From NCBI RefSeq assembly GCF_009914755.1, contig NC_060930.1: 64,000 nt of DNA, one strand, 5' to 3'. Positions 1-21,219 of this stretch are shown here, one piece after another. The DNA is from the human T2T-CHM13v2.0 reference genome, Homo sapiens. The stretch's first letter is position 1. Every line of letters starts with the position of its first letter. The notes under the pieces were generated by a model. The model did no database searches. It was not told the DNA's origin and saw only the letters and a list, made by a program, of their open reading frames with translations. Position numbers and translations under genes: made by a program.

Positions 1-283
1 TGTGTGATAATCATAGAGTGTAACTAACACAAACGTAGATGGTATAGTCTACTATACACCTGGGCCATATGGTCTAGCCTATTGCTGCTAGGCTGCAAAC
101 CTGTACAGCATGCGGCCTACTGTACTGAACACTGTAAGTAGTTGTAGCCCAGTGGTATTTGTATATCTAAACATACCTGAATGTGGAAAAGGTATGGTAA
201 AGATACAGTATTATAATCTTATGAGACCACCATCATATGTGTGGTCTGTCATTGACTGAAGCATTGTTATAGGCACAAGACTG
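1..283 (+). mobile_element. Tigger3a/MER7-type DNA transposon (5' end outside window)
   Basis: Matches recalled consensus ATCATAGAGTG...GGTATAGCCTATTGCT...ATAATCTTATGGGACCACC...GACTG terminus. Confidence 0.8.
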
Positions 284-299
284 GATCTTTGAAGAGTAT

Positions 300-715
300 C
301 CTTGATGTCCATTTCATCACCTCCATTCTCTCCCTGGACCATACCATTTTGACTTTTGCACCATCACCCACTGAACTTTTTCAGTGTCTACCTGATTTCC
401 AGGACCAATTGTGTCTGCTCTTGCTCTATCCTGTTTGAGTATTCCATAGCATTTGACATTTTTGATTACCCTTTGATTCTTAAAACTCTCTTTAGTTTCT
501 GGAACACAACTTACCAGTGTTTCTTTTTGACCATTCTTATTTTTTCACAAGTTCCTTCGTTGGCTCCCTTTTTAATCCCTGCACCTGGGAATAGATGTTG
601 GTATTTCCCAGGATTTTATTCTAGGATTTGGTCTCAATTTTATATCTTTTTTGGAGAACTCTTACTCATACTAATTACTTCAGTTAATACCTATGCTGAT
701 TACCTTCAACTATTT
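300..715 (+). mobile_element. Degenerate L2 fragment
   Basis: L2-like motifs (GCATTTGACA, CTTAAAACTCTC, ACCTATGCTGAT); highly diverged. Confidence 0.45.
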
Positions 716-749
716 ATGTATGTGTGTATACATATATGTTAGACTCTTG

Positions 750-1265
750 TTTGTCATTTAATTTATTTAATCATGAGGATGTTGGTTATGGATATAACTG
801 CTAGGATACAGGAGTACATAAGAAAGACATGGTTTTTCCTTTCACAGATCATAGTGGGAGGAGACAGTTAAGGAGACAGAAATAATAAATGCTACAAACA
901 AACATATAAGAAATATCTGCTAGTGACAAGTACTGTAAATAAAATATAGTGGAATGATATGATAGGGAGTGAGTGAGGCAAATTTACAAAGGTTAGAAAG
1001 AGCCTCTTTGAGGAGATGATAGTTAATCTGAGACTTGAATTGCAAAAAGGAGCTAGACAGGCAAAAATTGGGGGTAAGAATGTCTAAATTTTAGGAGATG
1101 GCTAGTGTAAAAATCTTGAGGCAGAAATGATTTGGTGTGTTTAAGGAACAGAATGTAAGGCCCCTATGGCTGGAGCATAGTGAGCTAGGAGGAAACAGTA
1201 AGGCTGAGGTTGCCAAAGTAGGCAGGGGCTAGATCAAGCTAAGAAGAAGAAGTATTGGAGAGTTT
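750..1265 (-). mobile_element. L2 3' fragment
   Basis: Typical antisense L2a pattern (CTAGGATACA...GACATGG, GGCTGGAGCATAGTGAG, GTAGGCAGGGGCTAGATCA). Confidence 0.6.
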
Positions 1266-1395
1266 CATAGAAATTTGACATTACTGTCATATTTTATCAT
1301 AGTTTACAAAAGTATCAGTTATAGTAAATTACAGAAAAAAACCCTGATTCTTTAACACAACTATTTTGAGAAGCACTGTTCTAGTAGATGCTTTT

Positions 1396-2466
1396 TTTTT
1401 TTTTGAAATCATTTGTTTATTTGTCTGTATGCTCCACTTGACTGAATTTTGCATTTTTCTTTTTTTTAAAATTATACTTTAAGTTCTAGGGTACATGTGC
1501 ACAACGTGCAGGTTTGTTACATATGTATACATGTGCTATGTTGGTGTGCTGCACCCATTAACTCATCATTTACATTAGATATATCTCCTAATGCTATCCC
1601 TTCCCCCTCCCGCCACCCCAGGACAGGCCCCGGTGTGTGATGTTCCCCACCCTGTGTCCAAGTGTTCTCATTGTTCAATTCCCACCTATGAGTGAGAACA
1701 TATGGTGTTTGGTTTTTTGTCCTTGCGATAGTTTGCTGAGAATGGTGGTTTCCAGCTTCATCCATGTCCCTACAAAGGACATGAACTCATCCTTTTTTAT
1801 GGTTGCATAGTATTCCATGGTGTATATGTGCCACATTTTCTCAATCCAGTCTATCATTGTTGGACGTTTGGGTTGCTTCCAAGTCTTTGCTATTGTGAAT
1901 AGTGCCGCAGTAAACATATGTGTGCATGTGTCTTTAAGGCAGCATGATTCATACTCCTTTGGGTATATACCCAGTAATGGGATGGCTGGGCCAAATGGTA
2001 TTTCTAGTTCTAGATCCCTGAGGAATCGCCACACTGTCTTCCACAATGGTTGAACTAGTTTACAGTCCCACCAACAGTGTAAAAGCATTCCTATTTCTCC
2101 ACATCCTCTCCAGCACCTGTTTTCCTGACTTTTTAATGATCACCATTCTAACTGGTGTGAGATGGTATCTCATTGTGGTTTTGATTTGCATTTCTCTGAT
2201 GGCCAGTGATGATGAGCATTTTTTCATGTGTCTGTTGGCTGCATAAATGTTTTCTTTTGAGAAGTGTCTGTTCATATCCTTTGCCTACTTTTTGATGGGG
2301 TTGTTTGATTTTTTTGTGTAAATTTGTTTAAGTTCTTTGTAGATTCTGGATATTAGCCCTTTGTCAGATGGGTACATTGTAAAAATTTTCTCCCATTCTT
2401 AAGTTGCCTGTTCACTCTGATGGTAGCTTCTTTTGCTGTGCAGAAGCTCTTTAGTTTAATTAGATC
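1396..2466 (-). mobile_element. 5'-truncated L1PA (about PA4-PA6) 3' end with probable 3' transduction
   Basis: L1PA 3' end TTATACTTTAAGTTCTAGGGTACATGTGCACAACGTGCAGG; ORF2 C-terminal peptides in ORF track (1675..2088); TSD AGTAGA(T/A)GCTTTT at 1383-1395 and 2467-2479. Confidence 0.95.
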
Positions 2467-2639
2467 AGTAGAAGCTTTTATTAAGACAAAAGGGCTTCTA
2501 AAATATGTAAGAGTATGGTGCTATATCAGCCTGATGTGCCCAGAGTACAAAACATTAGGTTTAGAGGGAGAAATATCCATCTTGAAAAGGACTGTGAATT
2601 CACACAATCCTTTTGGCACATGGAGTTGAATGGAATCAA

Positions 2640-3560
2640 ATATATAGAAAACCCACAGTATTTCTGAGATATTTGTATTAGCAAAATCATGTTAGTAGTC
2701 TCTGGACTAAAAGAAGCCAATACTGTTAGAGATGTGTCCCCAGCATTCTACAAGCAGGATGCTCAGCTGCTCAAAAAGTACATATTCTCCAGTTCCCTAC
2801 TCAGGATTTTCCAAGGAGGATATGGAAAAGAATGGACTGTCTGTCAGTGCCATAGAAAACAAAAGACTAAGGAGCCACTCAGAGGCAGAATTGAGTCTAA
2901 TCGAGAAATATTCTCAACCTTCAAGATAAGTAAACCAGACATTCGCCAAGTGGTATGTCAGAATTTTTATTGTCTAGTGATTGCTATGTACTTTCTACTC
3001 TTCCTGTTTCAAAATGGTTGGGAGGATTCATGTGGTATGTAGGTCTTCTATTGTATATAAAGTGTGTGAAAAAGAAAACTCGTCTTTGTAATTCATAGCT
3101 CTCCAGAGCAAGAGAAACTGCAACTGATGATGTAAATCTTTATTTCTGAGCCTGATGTTGTAATTTTGATGAAATCTTGGAAGGTCTTGGATGTTGCGGA
3201 ATGTATTTCATATGTGGGAAGAGCATAAAACACATGAAAAAGAGGTTGGACTTTAGTAGATAACTATTACAGTAATTCAAAAATGTCCACTCCATGTCCA
3301 CCAGTGCCATAGGAGAAATGTCCTTCCCCATTTCTTGACTTTGGGCTCAGCATGACTGGCTTTGGCCAATGAGATGTTAGCTGATATGACACAAAAAAAG
3401 GGTTTGAAATGCCCTTGTATGTCTCTGCTGTTGTGCTCAGAAGAGCTTCCTTTGAGTAGGTAGCTGCTGCCCCTTCATTGTGGAGCTCTGAAAAGTACAT
3501 GTGATACAGGCCACAGCCCAAGTGGTCTAGTGGAGGAAATGATGCTTCTCTCACTCACAC
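2640..3560 (+). mobile_element. Old MaLR (MLT1-type internal sequence plus LTR) remnant
   Basis: MLT1-like motifs (GACTTTGGGCTCAGCATGACTGGCTTTGGCCAATGAGATGTTAGC...GTAGCTGCTGCCC). Confidence 0.45.
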
Positions 3561-5564
3561 TTGAAGTTCTTTGCCAGGCTTATTATAATATAAAAATTAT
3601 GCTAATAAACCTCATAATATTTTCATAATAATAAAACTCCCAAGAAGCTTATAAAATACATAATTATAAAGAACAGTTTGAAATATGGATTCACATCTGC
3701 CAATAGTAAGATGGACCTTGACCTAAGTACAGAGTGCTCCTTAAGATATTAGCTAAATATAAGTTTCATAACTTTATTGAGGTGTAATTGGCATAAAATT
3801 AACTGCACATATTAACCGTATAAGTTGATAAATTTTGAGCTGTGTACAAACCTGTGAAACATCATTATAATCATGCTAATTAATATGTCCCTCACCCCAA
3901 AAAGTTTCCTCATGCTGCTTGTTATCCCTCCCCTTCACCTTTCCCTGCCCAAGCTCCATGCTGAGGCAACAACTCATCACTTTCTGTCAGTGTAGATATT
4001 TGTGCCTATATAGTTCCCTAGAACTTATATGAATGGAATCATACAGTACTCTTTTTCTGGCTTCTTTCACTCAGCATAATTATATTAAAATTCATCCACT
4101 TCATTGTATGTATCAAAAGGTCATTCTTTTTATTGCTGAGTAGTATTTTGTTTTATAGATATATAATAATTTGTTCATTTACTTATTGATAGACATTTGA
4201 CTTGTTTCCAGTTTTGGTCTATTACAAATAAAACTGCTGTGAATATTCATGTGCAAGTCTTTGTATATACTCCTTTTCTCTTGGGTAAATAACCTAGAAG
4301 TAAAATTTCTGGATCATATGGAAGGTGGTGTTTAGCTTTTAAAGAAACTGTTTTCCAAAGTGGTTGTACCATTTTACATTCTTGACAGTAGTATATGAAA
4401 ATTTCCATGTCTTTTCCAATATTTGACATGGTCTTTTTAATTTTAACTATTCTAATAGGTATATAGTGATATCTCATGTGGTTTTAATTTGAATTTCCTT
4501 CATGTCTAATTTGTTAAACATGAGCTTAGTTGCCATCTATATGTCTTTCTTTGGTGAAGTGTTAAAATCTTTTGGCCATTTAAAAATTCAGTTGTTTATA
4601 TTCTTATTATTAAGTTTGGAGAGTTATTTGTTCTCAATATAAATCATTCATTAGATATGTATTTTCCAAATATATTCTCCCAGTCTGTAGCTCTTCTTTT
4701 CATTCTCTTGACATTTTTTGAAGTTTTTAATTTTGACGAAGTCCAGTTTGTCCATTTTTCTTTTATGGATCATGGTTTTGGTGTTTTATTTAAAAAATGC
4801 CCAGACTAAGGTCACATGATTTTTCCCATTTTTTATTTTTAGTAGAAATTTTACAGTTTAAGGTTTTTGTATTTAGGTCTATAATCTGTAAGAGACTTAA
4901 GCACCTATATGTTGTGAGGTATGAATAAATATGGATTAAATTTTATTTTTTGCATGCAGATATCCAATTGTTCTATTACCATTTGTTGAAAGGACTATCC
5001 TTTTACCACTGCATTTTTCTGGCATTTTTGTAAAAAATTAATTGTTCACATAGGCATAGGTCTATTTTATTTCATTGGTCTATTTGTCTATCTTTACACT
5101 ATTTTGGCTATTGTTGTAGTAAGTCTTGAAATTGGTCATATTAGTTCTCCAATATTGTTCGTTTTCAAAGCTGTTTAGCTAAAACCTGTATTCTATATAT
5201 TTTGCATGTAATTTGCATAAATTCTGTGTATTTTGCATTTCCATATATATTTTAGATTGAGCTTGTCAATTTCTGCAAAAAAAAAGTCCCTCAGATTTTG
5301 GTTAAGACTGTGTTAAATCTATAGATCAATTTGGGAAAAATTGACAGCTTAACAATATTGAGTATTTTTAAGAATTAACCCATGAATATGGCTTAATTCT
5401 TCATTTAGGCCTTCTTTAATGTCTCTGAGCAATATTTGTAGTTTTAAATGAACAGGTTTTGCACCACGTTTGTCAGTTTTATCCTTTAATATTTCATATT
5501 TTAATGGCTTTGTAAATGGAGGTATATTTTAGTTTAAATTTCTCAATTATTTATTTTGCTAGTA

Positions 5565-5915
5565 CAGGCAAACCTTGGAGATATTGTAGGTTCAGTTCCA
5601 TACCATCACAATAAAGCCAATATTGCAATAAAGCAAGTCACACAAATTATTTGGTTTGCAAGTGCATATAAAAGTTACATTTATACTATAGTCTATTAAG
5701 TGTGCAATAGCATTATGTTTAAAAACAGTGTACATAGTTTAATTTTAAAATACTTTATTGCTAAGAAATGCTGACACAGAGATATGAAGTGAACACATGC
5801 TCTTAAAAAATGTTGATAGACTTGCTCAGTGGAGGGTTGCCACAAACCTTCAATTTGTAAAAAAAATGCAATATCTGCGAAGTGCAATAAAGTGCAATGA
5901 AACAAGATAAACCTG
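5565..5915 (-). mobile_element. Internally deleted Tigger1 DNA transposon
   Basis: Both termini present (CAGGCAAACCTTGGAGATATTG... and ...GCAATGAAACAAGATAAACCTG), preceded by TA. Confidence 0.85.
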
Positions 5916-6212
5916 TGTATATAAAGGCAGTTGATTTTCCTATCTTGAACTTGTGATCCTACAACCTTGCTAAATTCATGTATTAGTTCTAATCACTTTT
6001 TGGAGATGCCATTTTACATAGACAACACACTATCTACAAATACAGTTTCACTTTTTTTCTTTTTAATCTGGATGCCTTCCCTCCATTCCTCTCTCCTTTC
6101 CTTCCTTTTTTTTTTTTTTTTGGTCTTATTGTACTAGCCAAAACCTCCAGTACAATATTGAATATTGAATAGAAGTGGTGAGAGAAAATGTCTGTTGTTA
6201 TTCCTGTATTAG

Positions 6213-6629
<417 letters not shown>

Positions 6630-7790
6630 AAGAATGGATGCTTTATATGTAAATACATACTTACAGCCATGTTTAATTAGTCAATATGCTAAATTTATTG
6701 TTTAATTTTTGTATAACCAAGTGTATACATTGTATAATACAGTGCATAATTGTATAACCAAGTGTGCGTTCTTATGATAAACTCCATTATGATGTATTAT
6801 TCTTATTATGTTGTTGGATTCAACTTGCTTAATTTGTTCAGAATTTTTGCGTCTAATTTTATGAGGGAGATTGGTCTGTAGTTTTCTTTTTTAGTAATGT
6901 CTTTGTGGTTTTGATAACAAGGTAATGTTGGTGTTACAGAATGAATTGGAAAGCATTCCTTCTTTAACAATATTCTGGAAGCGTTTGTTTATACTTTCTC
7001 CTTAAATGTTTCATGGAATTCACATTCAACTCATCTTTTTGGGAAGATTTTAAACTACAAATTCAATTTGTTAACAGATAGAGTTATTTAGATTATGTAT
7101 TTCTTCTTTTAATCTTTTTATTTTCATCCACCTTTTTTACTGAAATCTTACTTGCATACTACAAAATTTACCTCTTTAAAGTGTACAAATTGGTGGATTT
7201 ATACACACTAAGTTGTACAACAATCATCACTACTTCCAGAACACTTTTATTACCCCAAAAAGACACCCCACATCCATTATCAGTCAGATTCCATTCTTCC
7301 TTCCCCTCCAACTTTTGCAGACCACTAACCTATTTTCTGTCTTTATGGATTTACCTCTTCTGGAGAGTTCATATAAATGGAATGATATACTATGTGGCAT
7401 GTTTTCTGCCTGTATTCTTTCATTTAGCATAATGTTTGCAAGGTTTATCCATATTTCAGCCTGTGTCTGTACATCATTCTGTTCTATGACTGAATAATAT
7501 TTCATTGTATGGATATACTATATTTTGTTTATCCATTCGTCACTTGGTATATATTTGGGTTGTTTCTTCTTTATTTGGCCTACTGGTCTGTAAATCTCCA
7601 TTCATTTCTCTTCATTTTTTTTCTGCTATTCTTTAGATTGGATAATTTCAATTATCCTAGCTTCAAGTTCACTGATTCTTTTGCCTGTTTAAATCAGCTC
7701 TTGAGCTTCTCTGGTGAATTTTTCATTATTGTTATTGTACATTTCAACTGTGGAATTTCTATTTGGTTGTTTTTCTTAAGAAATAATTTC

Positions 7791-8101
7791 AGCTGGGTGC
7801 AGTGGCTCACACCTATAATCCCAGCACTTTGGGAGGCCGAGATGGGTGGATCACGAGGTTAGGAGATCAAGACCATCCTGGCTAACACTGTGAAACCCCG
7901 TCTCTACTAAAAATACAAAAAATTAGCCGGGCGTGGTGGCGGGTGCCTGTAGTCCTAGCTACTCGGGAGGCTGAGGCAGGAGAACGGTGTGAACCTGGGA
8001 GGCAGAGCTTGCAGGCTTGCAGTGAGCCAAGATCGCACCACTGCACTCCAGCCTGGGCAACAAAGCAAGACTCCATCTCAAAAAAAAAAAAAAAAAAAAA
8101 A
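7791..8101 (+). mobile_element. Alu (AluY/Sc8-like)
   Basis: Full dimer with A22 tail; GGATCACGAGG and ACCATCCTGGCTAACAC diagnostics; 8-bp internal duplication GCTTGCAG. Confidence 0.95.
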
Positions 8102-8778
8102 GAGAATTTCCACCTCTTTATTGATGTCCTGTCTTGATGATGAGACATTGTTTTTGGACTTTCCTTTAGTTCTCTAGACATGGTTTTATTTAATTCTCTG
8201 AACATCTTTCATATAGCTGATTTAAAGTCTTTGTCTAGTAAGTCCAACATCTGGACAGGAATAATTTCTACTCATTGCTTTCCCTCTAGCTCCCTGCTTA
8301 TAGGCCATAAGTTCTTGTTTCTATGAATGTCTTGTACTTTTTGTTGAAAACTATACATTTTAAATAATGAAATGAGGCAATTTGGGAAATTAGATTCTCT
8401 TCTCTCACCAGGGCTTGCTGTTATCGCTGCTTGTTTAGTGGTTTTATGAACTAATTCTGAAACGAATTTTATTCTTTGTCAAGTATGTCCCCTGAAATCT
8501 CTGCTCAGGTTAATTAGCAACTAATGATCAAACTGTGATTTTTAAAAAATGCCTGGAATCTCTTGTCTTTACTGGGGGATTCTGTGTTCATGTTTGGGCA
8601 TAGATTTATCACTCAGCCAGGGAATTTGCAGTTGTGTCTTCATGTTTACTTCTTGTTGTGCAGAGTCTCTCTCGAGTCTTTCCTGAACATGCACACAGCC
8701 CTGGGCATGTGCACAGCTTTACACATGTGCATGACCTTCTTGATCCTCTGGCATATGGCAAAGCTTTTCAAAGCCCCT

Positions 8779-9168
8779 TGTGTTAGTTTGCTAAGGCTGC
8801 TATAACAAAATGCTACAGACTGGGTGGCTTAAACAACAGAAATTTATTTTCTCACAGTTCTGGAGACTAGGATTCAAGATAAAAGTGTTAGCAGGTTTGG
8901 TTTCTCCTTAGGGCCCTCTTCTTGGCTTTCAGATGGCCACTTTCACTAAGTTCTCACATGGCCTTTTTCTCTGTATGTGCACATCCCTGATGTCTCTTCT
9001 CTTATAAGAAAACCAGTTACATTGTAACAGGGCCCCTACAATGACCACCCTATTTAAACCCAATTTAGTCTGTAAAGGTCGTATCTCCAAATACAGTCAC
9101 ATTCTAAGGCACTGGGGGTTAGGACTTCAACATAAGAATTTGGGGTAAAAACAATTCAGTCTCTAACA
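8779..9168 (-). mobile_element. MLT1A-type MaLR solo LTR
   Basis: TGTTAGTTTGCTAAGGCTGCTATAACAAAA...AATTCAGTCTCTAACA, flanked by CCCT(T) duplication. Confidence 0.85.
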
Positions 9169-10423
9169 CCCTTTATGGACGTATCACTCTCCAATTTTTC
9201 CCTTTAAGCTTTTTGGCTGGCATATTGTTTGCCCCAACTATAATCTACCATGTCAGGCAGCCATGATATCAAACAATTGCTGCTTTTTTTTTTTTTTTTT
9301 TTGACAAACACCTTGGAGAAAAGGCTGTTTTCAGTAGCTCTGAGTCAGGTCAAATAAAGACAAGCCTCATGAGTGAGGTCTCCAGGGTACCACCAGACAG
9401 GTAAAATAATAACACTTCTCTGAAAGAGGGCTTTAGAGAAGCTCCAAATCTATTCTTTTCCCTCAAGTGACTTTGTGATTGTGGCTGTTAATTTTCAAGA
9501 CTACAGCAGAACAGGATAGAGGTGGAGGAAAATAGAGTAAGTTTAAATGCCGCAAAACTCACTGTTCTTGCTGGTATTCAGCTTTCTTTTGAATAAATGC
9601 TCTGAAGACTATGGTAAGTCTTTAGTTAATTTCTAGAGTTCTGAAATGTTAATTCTGAAATATAAATTTTTGCCAGTATTCTCATTACTTTTATGGAGGA
9701 GAAGATTTTTAGAAGTTCTTATTCCCTCATTCCCACTGACTTCCTATGTATATTTTCTGGAGTGAGATTTTATAGTTTGTGTCTTTCAAATAATATGTAA
9801 TATGTCCGTTTCATCCATGTTGTCAAATTATTGGGATAAAGTTGTTTTATACTCTTCCCCTATTATCCTTTATATTAGAATTAGTAGTGATTTTAGCTCT
9901 CATTCCTGTCTTTGTTATTTTTGTTACTGTTCAACGTAGCTTGAGGTTTCTCAATTCTTAAAAATATTATATTCTCAAGCAGCCTTTAGCTTCACGAATT
10001 GTCTCTATTCTTTTCTGTTTTATGTGTCTTGGTTTCTGATGTAATTTGTATTTTTTCTTTTCTTTCACTTAATTAGGGTTTAATTTGCTTCTTGTAGTCT
10101 CTTAAGGTGGAAGTTGAGATCTTTCTTTTTTCTAGTGTAGGTAGTTATTGCTTTAACTTTCCTCTATGTGCTACTTTAGCAGCATCCAAAACTTAGATAT
10201 GTTGTGTTTTCATTTATATTTAGTTTAAAATACTTTCTAATTTCCATTTTAATTTTTTTCTTTGACCCCTGGATTATTTAGAAGTATATTATTTAGTTGC
10301 CAAATGTTTGAGTATTTTAAAAGACATTTTCTTGCTATTGATTTGTAATTCCATTGTTCTTAAAGAGTATACTTTATCTGATTTGAATCATTTTATATTT
10401 TACAAGACTTACATTATGGCCAT

Positions 10424-10839
10424 TATATTAGTCCATTTTGTGTTGCTATAGAGGAATGCATGAGGCTGGGTAATTTATTTAAAAAAGATGTTCACCTGGC
10501 TCACAGTTCTGTAGGTTGAACAAGAAGGATGGTGCCAGCATTTGTTTCTGGTGAGGACCTCAGGAAACTTTTACTCATGGTAGAAGGTGAAGAAGGAGTA
10601 GGCATGTCAGATGGTGAGAGTGGGAACATGAGGGAAGGGAAGAAGTGCCAAGCCATTTCTTAACAATCTATTGTGAATTAATAAAGTGAGGACTCACTCA
10701 TTACCATGAAGGGTGCACCAAGCCACTCATGAGGGATCCGCCCTCATGACCCAAACACCTCCCACTAGGCCTCACCTCCAACATTAGGGATGATATTTCA
10801 ACCTGAGATTTGGAAGGGACAAATATTCAAGCTATATCA
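10424..10839 (-). mobile_element. MSTB/MSTA-type MaLR solo LTR
   Basis: ATTAGTCCATTTTGTGTTGCTATA...CCAAACACCTCCCACTAGGCC...CAAGCTATATCA. Confidence 0.85.
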
Positions 10840-11331
10840 GCTCTGACTATGGTTTATCTTAATAAAAGTTCTGAGTGCATTTGCAAAGAATGTGTATTCT
10901 GCTATTGTTATGTGGGTGTTTTATGAATGCCAATTAGGTGAAGTTTTTTGATAGTGTTGTTTAAAATCTTTTTACCCTTCTTGATTTTCCTGTCTACTTG
11001 TTCTGCCAATTATTGAGAGAAGTGTTTTGAAATCTCTGACAGATTGCAGGGTTGTCTATTTCTTCTTACAGTTTTATCAGTTTTGCTTTACGTATTTTGA
11101 AACTATTGTTAGATGCATGAATGTTTAGAATTTGTATATATTCTTGATCAATTGACTGCTTTATGCTTTTTGTTAGAATATTGTTTGCCTCACCTGTAAT
11201 CTACTGTGGACCCTCTTTATCTTTGGTAACACTTGTTGTTCTGAAATTTATATTGTTACTATCAAAATAGCCACACTAGATTTATTTCCATTAGAATTAT
11301 CATGATATATCATTTTCCTTGGTTTTACTTT

Positions 11332-18420
<7,089 letters not shown>

Positions 18421-19039
18421 TGGTTTTATTTTAACCTATTTGCGTCTTTATATTTGAAGTTTGTTTCTTGCAGGCAGCATATAGTTCGGTCTTATTGTTT
18501 TAAAAATCTAATTTGAAATCTCTGCTTTTAATTGGGATGTAGACTTTTTACGTTTAATGTAATTAAATGTAATTATTGATATGGTTAGGTTTAAATCAAT
18601 TTCTTTGTGTTTGTTTTCTATTTGTCCCATGTGTTCTCTGTTTCCATTTCCCCTTTTGACTGTCTTCTTTTGGATTAAAAGAATATTTTTATATTTAGTT
18701 CATTTAGTTCAGTTTTTCTGTGTTTTAATAGACAGTTTTAAGTTTTAAACAGAAAGTATATATGCCAAATGTTAGGTTGACAAATTAATTGACCATAATT
18801 GTCAAAATTGCTGGTTATTAATTTATTTTTAGTTTTGGTGTGTGAAAATGTAAACCTGCACAAGTGCCATGGTCAATTACAGCATATTTGATGTGACCTA
18901 ATTAGTACTGTGAGGAACCAACACATGGAAAAGCAAATGGGGACACATGCCAGGGACAAAACTGAATGTGATGTGAATACTAATTTTGGCTTTACATTGC
19001 TTTATTCATTAAAAACCTTCTTCAGATAAAACAGAACCA

Positions 19040-19245
19040 GACAGTTGTTGAATGCTTATGTGGCAGGGTCTGTGTAAGGTCCTTTCATGGACATTTATTT
19101 AATCCTCATGAGTCTGTGAGGGAGGCATAGTAGCCCCATTTTACAGATAAGGAAACAGCCTCAGCAAAGTTAACCGAACTGCCCAAAGCAATATATCCTA
19201 TAGGAAACAGCTGGGGTTTAAATTCAGCTTTCTGACTCCAAGGTA
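19040..19245 (-). mobile_element. MIR
   Basis: Core CCCATTTTACAGATAAGGAAAC...TCTGACTCCAA. Confidence 0.8.
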
Positions 19246-19498
19246 ACCTCAGTATATATTTTTTGCAATGTTAGTCTTACAAGATAATTAATTCCATTCC
19301 TCCACCACCCCCCCTTTTTTTTTTTTTAAAAAAAAAAAAAAGGAATTCTCACAGGAAAGAAAACAAAAGAAAGCATATTTTTAAAGAACTTAGGTATTAG
19401 GTAAGATATCATTCACCATTCCTAGATGGGGCATCATGAAAATAAATCACAGATTTAAAAAAAAAAAAGAAAAAAACGCTTATATTCATTAGAAAGTC

Positions 19499-19840
19499 TG
19501 ATATGATTTGGCTGTTTTCTACCCAAATCTCATCTTGAATTGTAGTTCCCATAATCCCCATGTGTCTTGGGAAGGACCAGGTGGAGATAATTGAATCATG
19601 AGGGCGGTTTCCCGTATCCTGTTCTGATGGTTTTATAAGGGGCTTTTCTCCCCCTTCATTCTGCACTTCTCCTTGCTGTCGCCATGTGAAGGAAATGTTT
19701 GTTTCCCCCTCCAACATGATTATAAGTTTCCTGAGGCCTCCTCAGCCATGCTGAACCGTGAGTCAATTAAATCTCTTTCCTTTATAAATTACTCACTGTC
19801 AGGTATGTCTTTATTAGCAGTGTGAGAACGGACTAATATA
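19499..19840 (+). mobile_element. THE1-type MaLR solo LTR
   Basis: TGATATGATTTGGCTG...GTGAGAACGGACTAATATA with 5-bp TSD AAGTC. Confidence 0.9.
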
Positions 19841-20107
19841 AAGTCTAAAGTTTTTCTCTGAGAGACAAGTCCTAGTATGATACCAATACCACACTTAGCC
19901 AAATGATTTCTTGGCAGAGTTGCCTGTTTCGGGTGGGTTGCTGGGCCTTCTGGAGTTAACTTCTCTAGATCCCAGGGAGAAAAAAGCACCTAGAGTACAT
20001 GGCAGGCTTTAGGTATCTGACAAATTTTGGAGGGCACACAGCGAGGTTAAAAGGTGTTTTTTTTTTTTCTTTTTACGGAGGGAGTTGGTTGTGACTAGAG
20101 CTTAGAT

Positions 20108-20137
<30 letters not shown>
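20108..20137. repeat. (CAA)n microsatellite, about 10 units
   Basis: Directly visible. Confidence 0.95.
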
Positions 20138-20138
<1 letters not shown>

Positions 20139-21219
20139 AAACCCCAAACCCCCAAACCCCTGACATCACAGTTTAAAAGATGAAAGAGCAATAGGAACCC
20201 CTCAGATACGGTACCTTAGACCTGAAGAGAATGTTACCTGACCACCCAGGACATTGCCATTGAGAAAAAACCTGTGTATCGAACATCCAAATCTATCTTC
20301 ATTTCTTCCTGGCCACATTCTTCTCCTAAATTCCCCATGACATTAAAGAAGAAAAGGGCATAAACCTACAAGGGCAAAGAGACAGAAAGGATAACCACAA
20401 AACGCTGGATGTTGATAACAGAGACCTCCAGTGAAATGACCCAGATATTTAAATGAGGGCTGTCTCCACATGTTTAAATTTTGTTTTTCAGTGTTTCTCT
20501 CTTAAATAAGGACATGCAAGAATCAGAGTTGTTTGAAGAACGTATGACAGAGACCAGAACATGTAAAAAGAAAAAACAAATCCTGAGGAAAAAGAGATAG
20601 TGCAGGGAACAGAGTAAACTTAAATTACAATTAATATTTTCAGGTTAATATTTAATCTGATATTAAATGTAAAATGAAACTAATATTTTCATTTCATCAC
20701 TGAAATAGGAACAAGAAAAAAGGAAGATTCAGGGAATAAGAAAGAGTTCCTCTTGGGAAAAATATTATATAGAAGTAAAAATTTCACAAGATGGATTGGA
20801 TGATAAATTTGAGTATATTTTGGGGTAAGGAAAACAAAAAGACAGAAGGATGGAATATAGGAGAGAAAAGAACAGTAAAAAAAAAAAAAAGCTGGGAATA
20901 TGTATAGAGAGATAGGCCCCAGAGGACCTCAAATTACAGTCCCTCAAACACCAATGTGTGTGGAAAGCCCTGAGTGTTCCAGCCCTACCCTTAATCCCAG
21001 AAAGTGCTGTGGAAGTGGCCGAGAGTTGATGTCCCTAGTTAAGAGTCATGTGGTTGGAACAGTTTGATGAAGACTGTGTGGCCTGAGGCCTGAAGGTTAT
21101 ACACGAGGGTTGAAGACTTTAGCAAAGATGCAGTGAACAAAGATGCTGTGGTCCAAATCTAATCAGGCCCCTCAGTGGAGGCCAGATAAAGCAGATAAAG
21201 CAGAAGCTGCACAGGGGCC

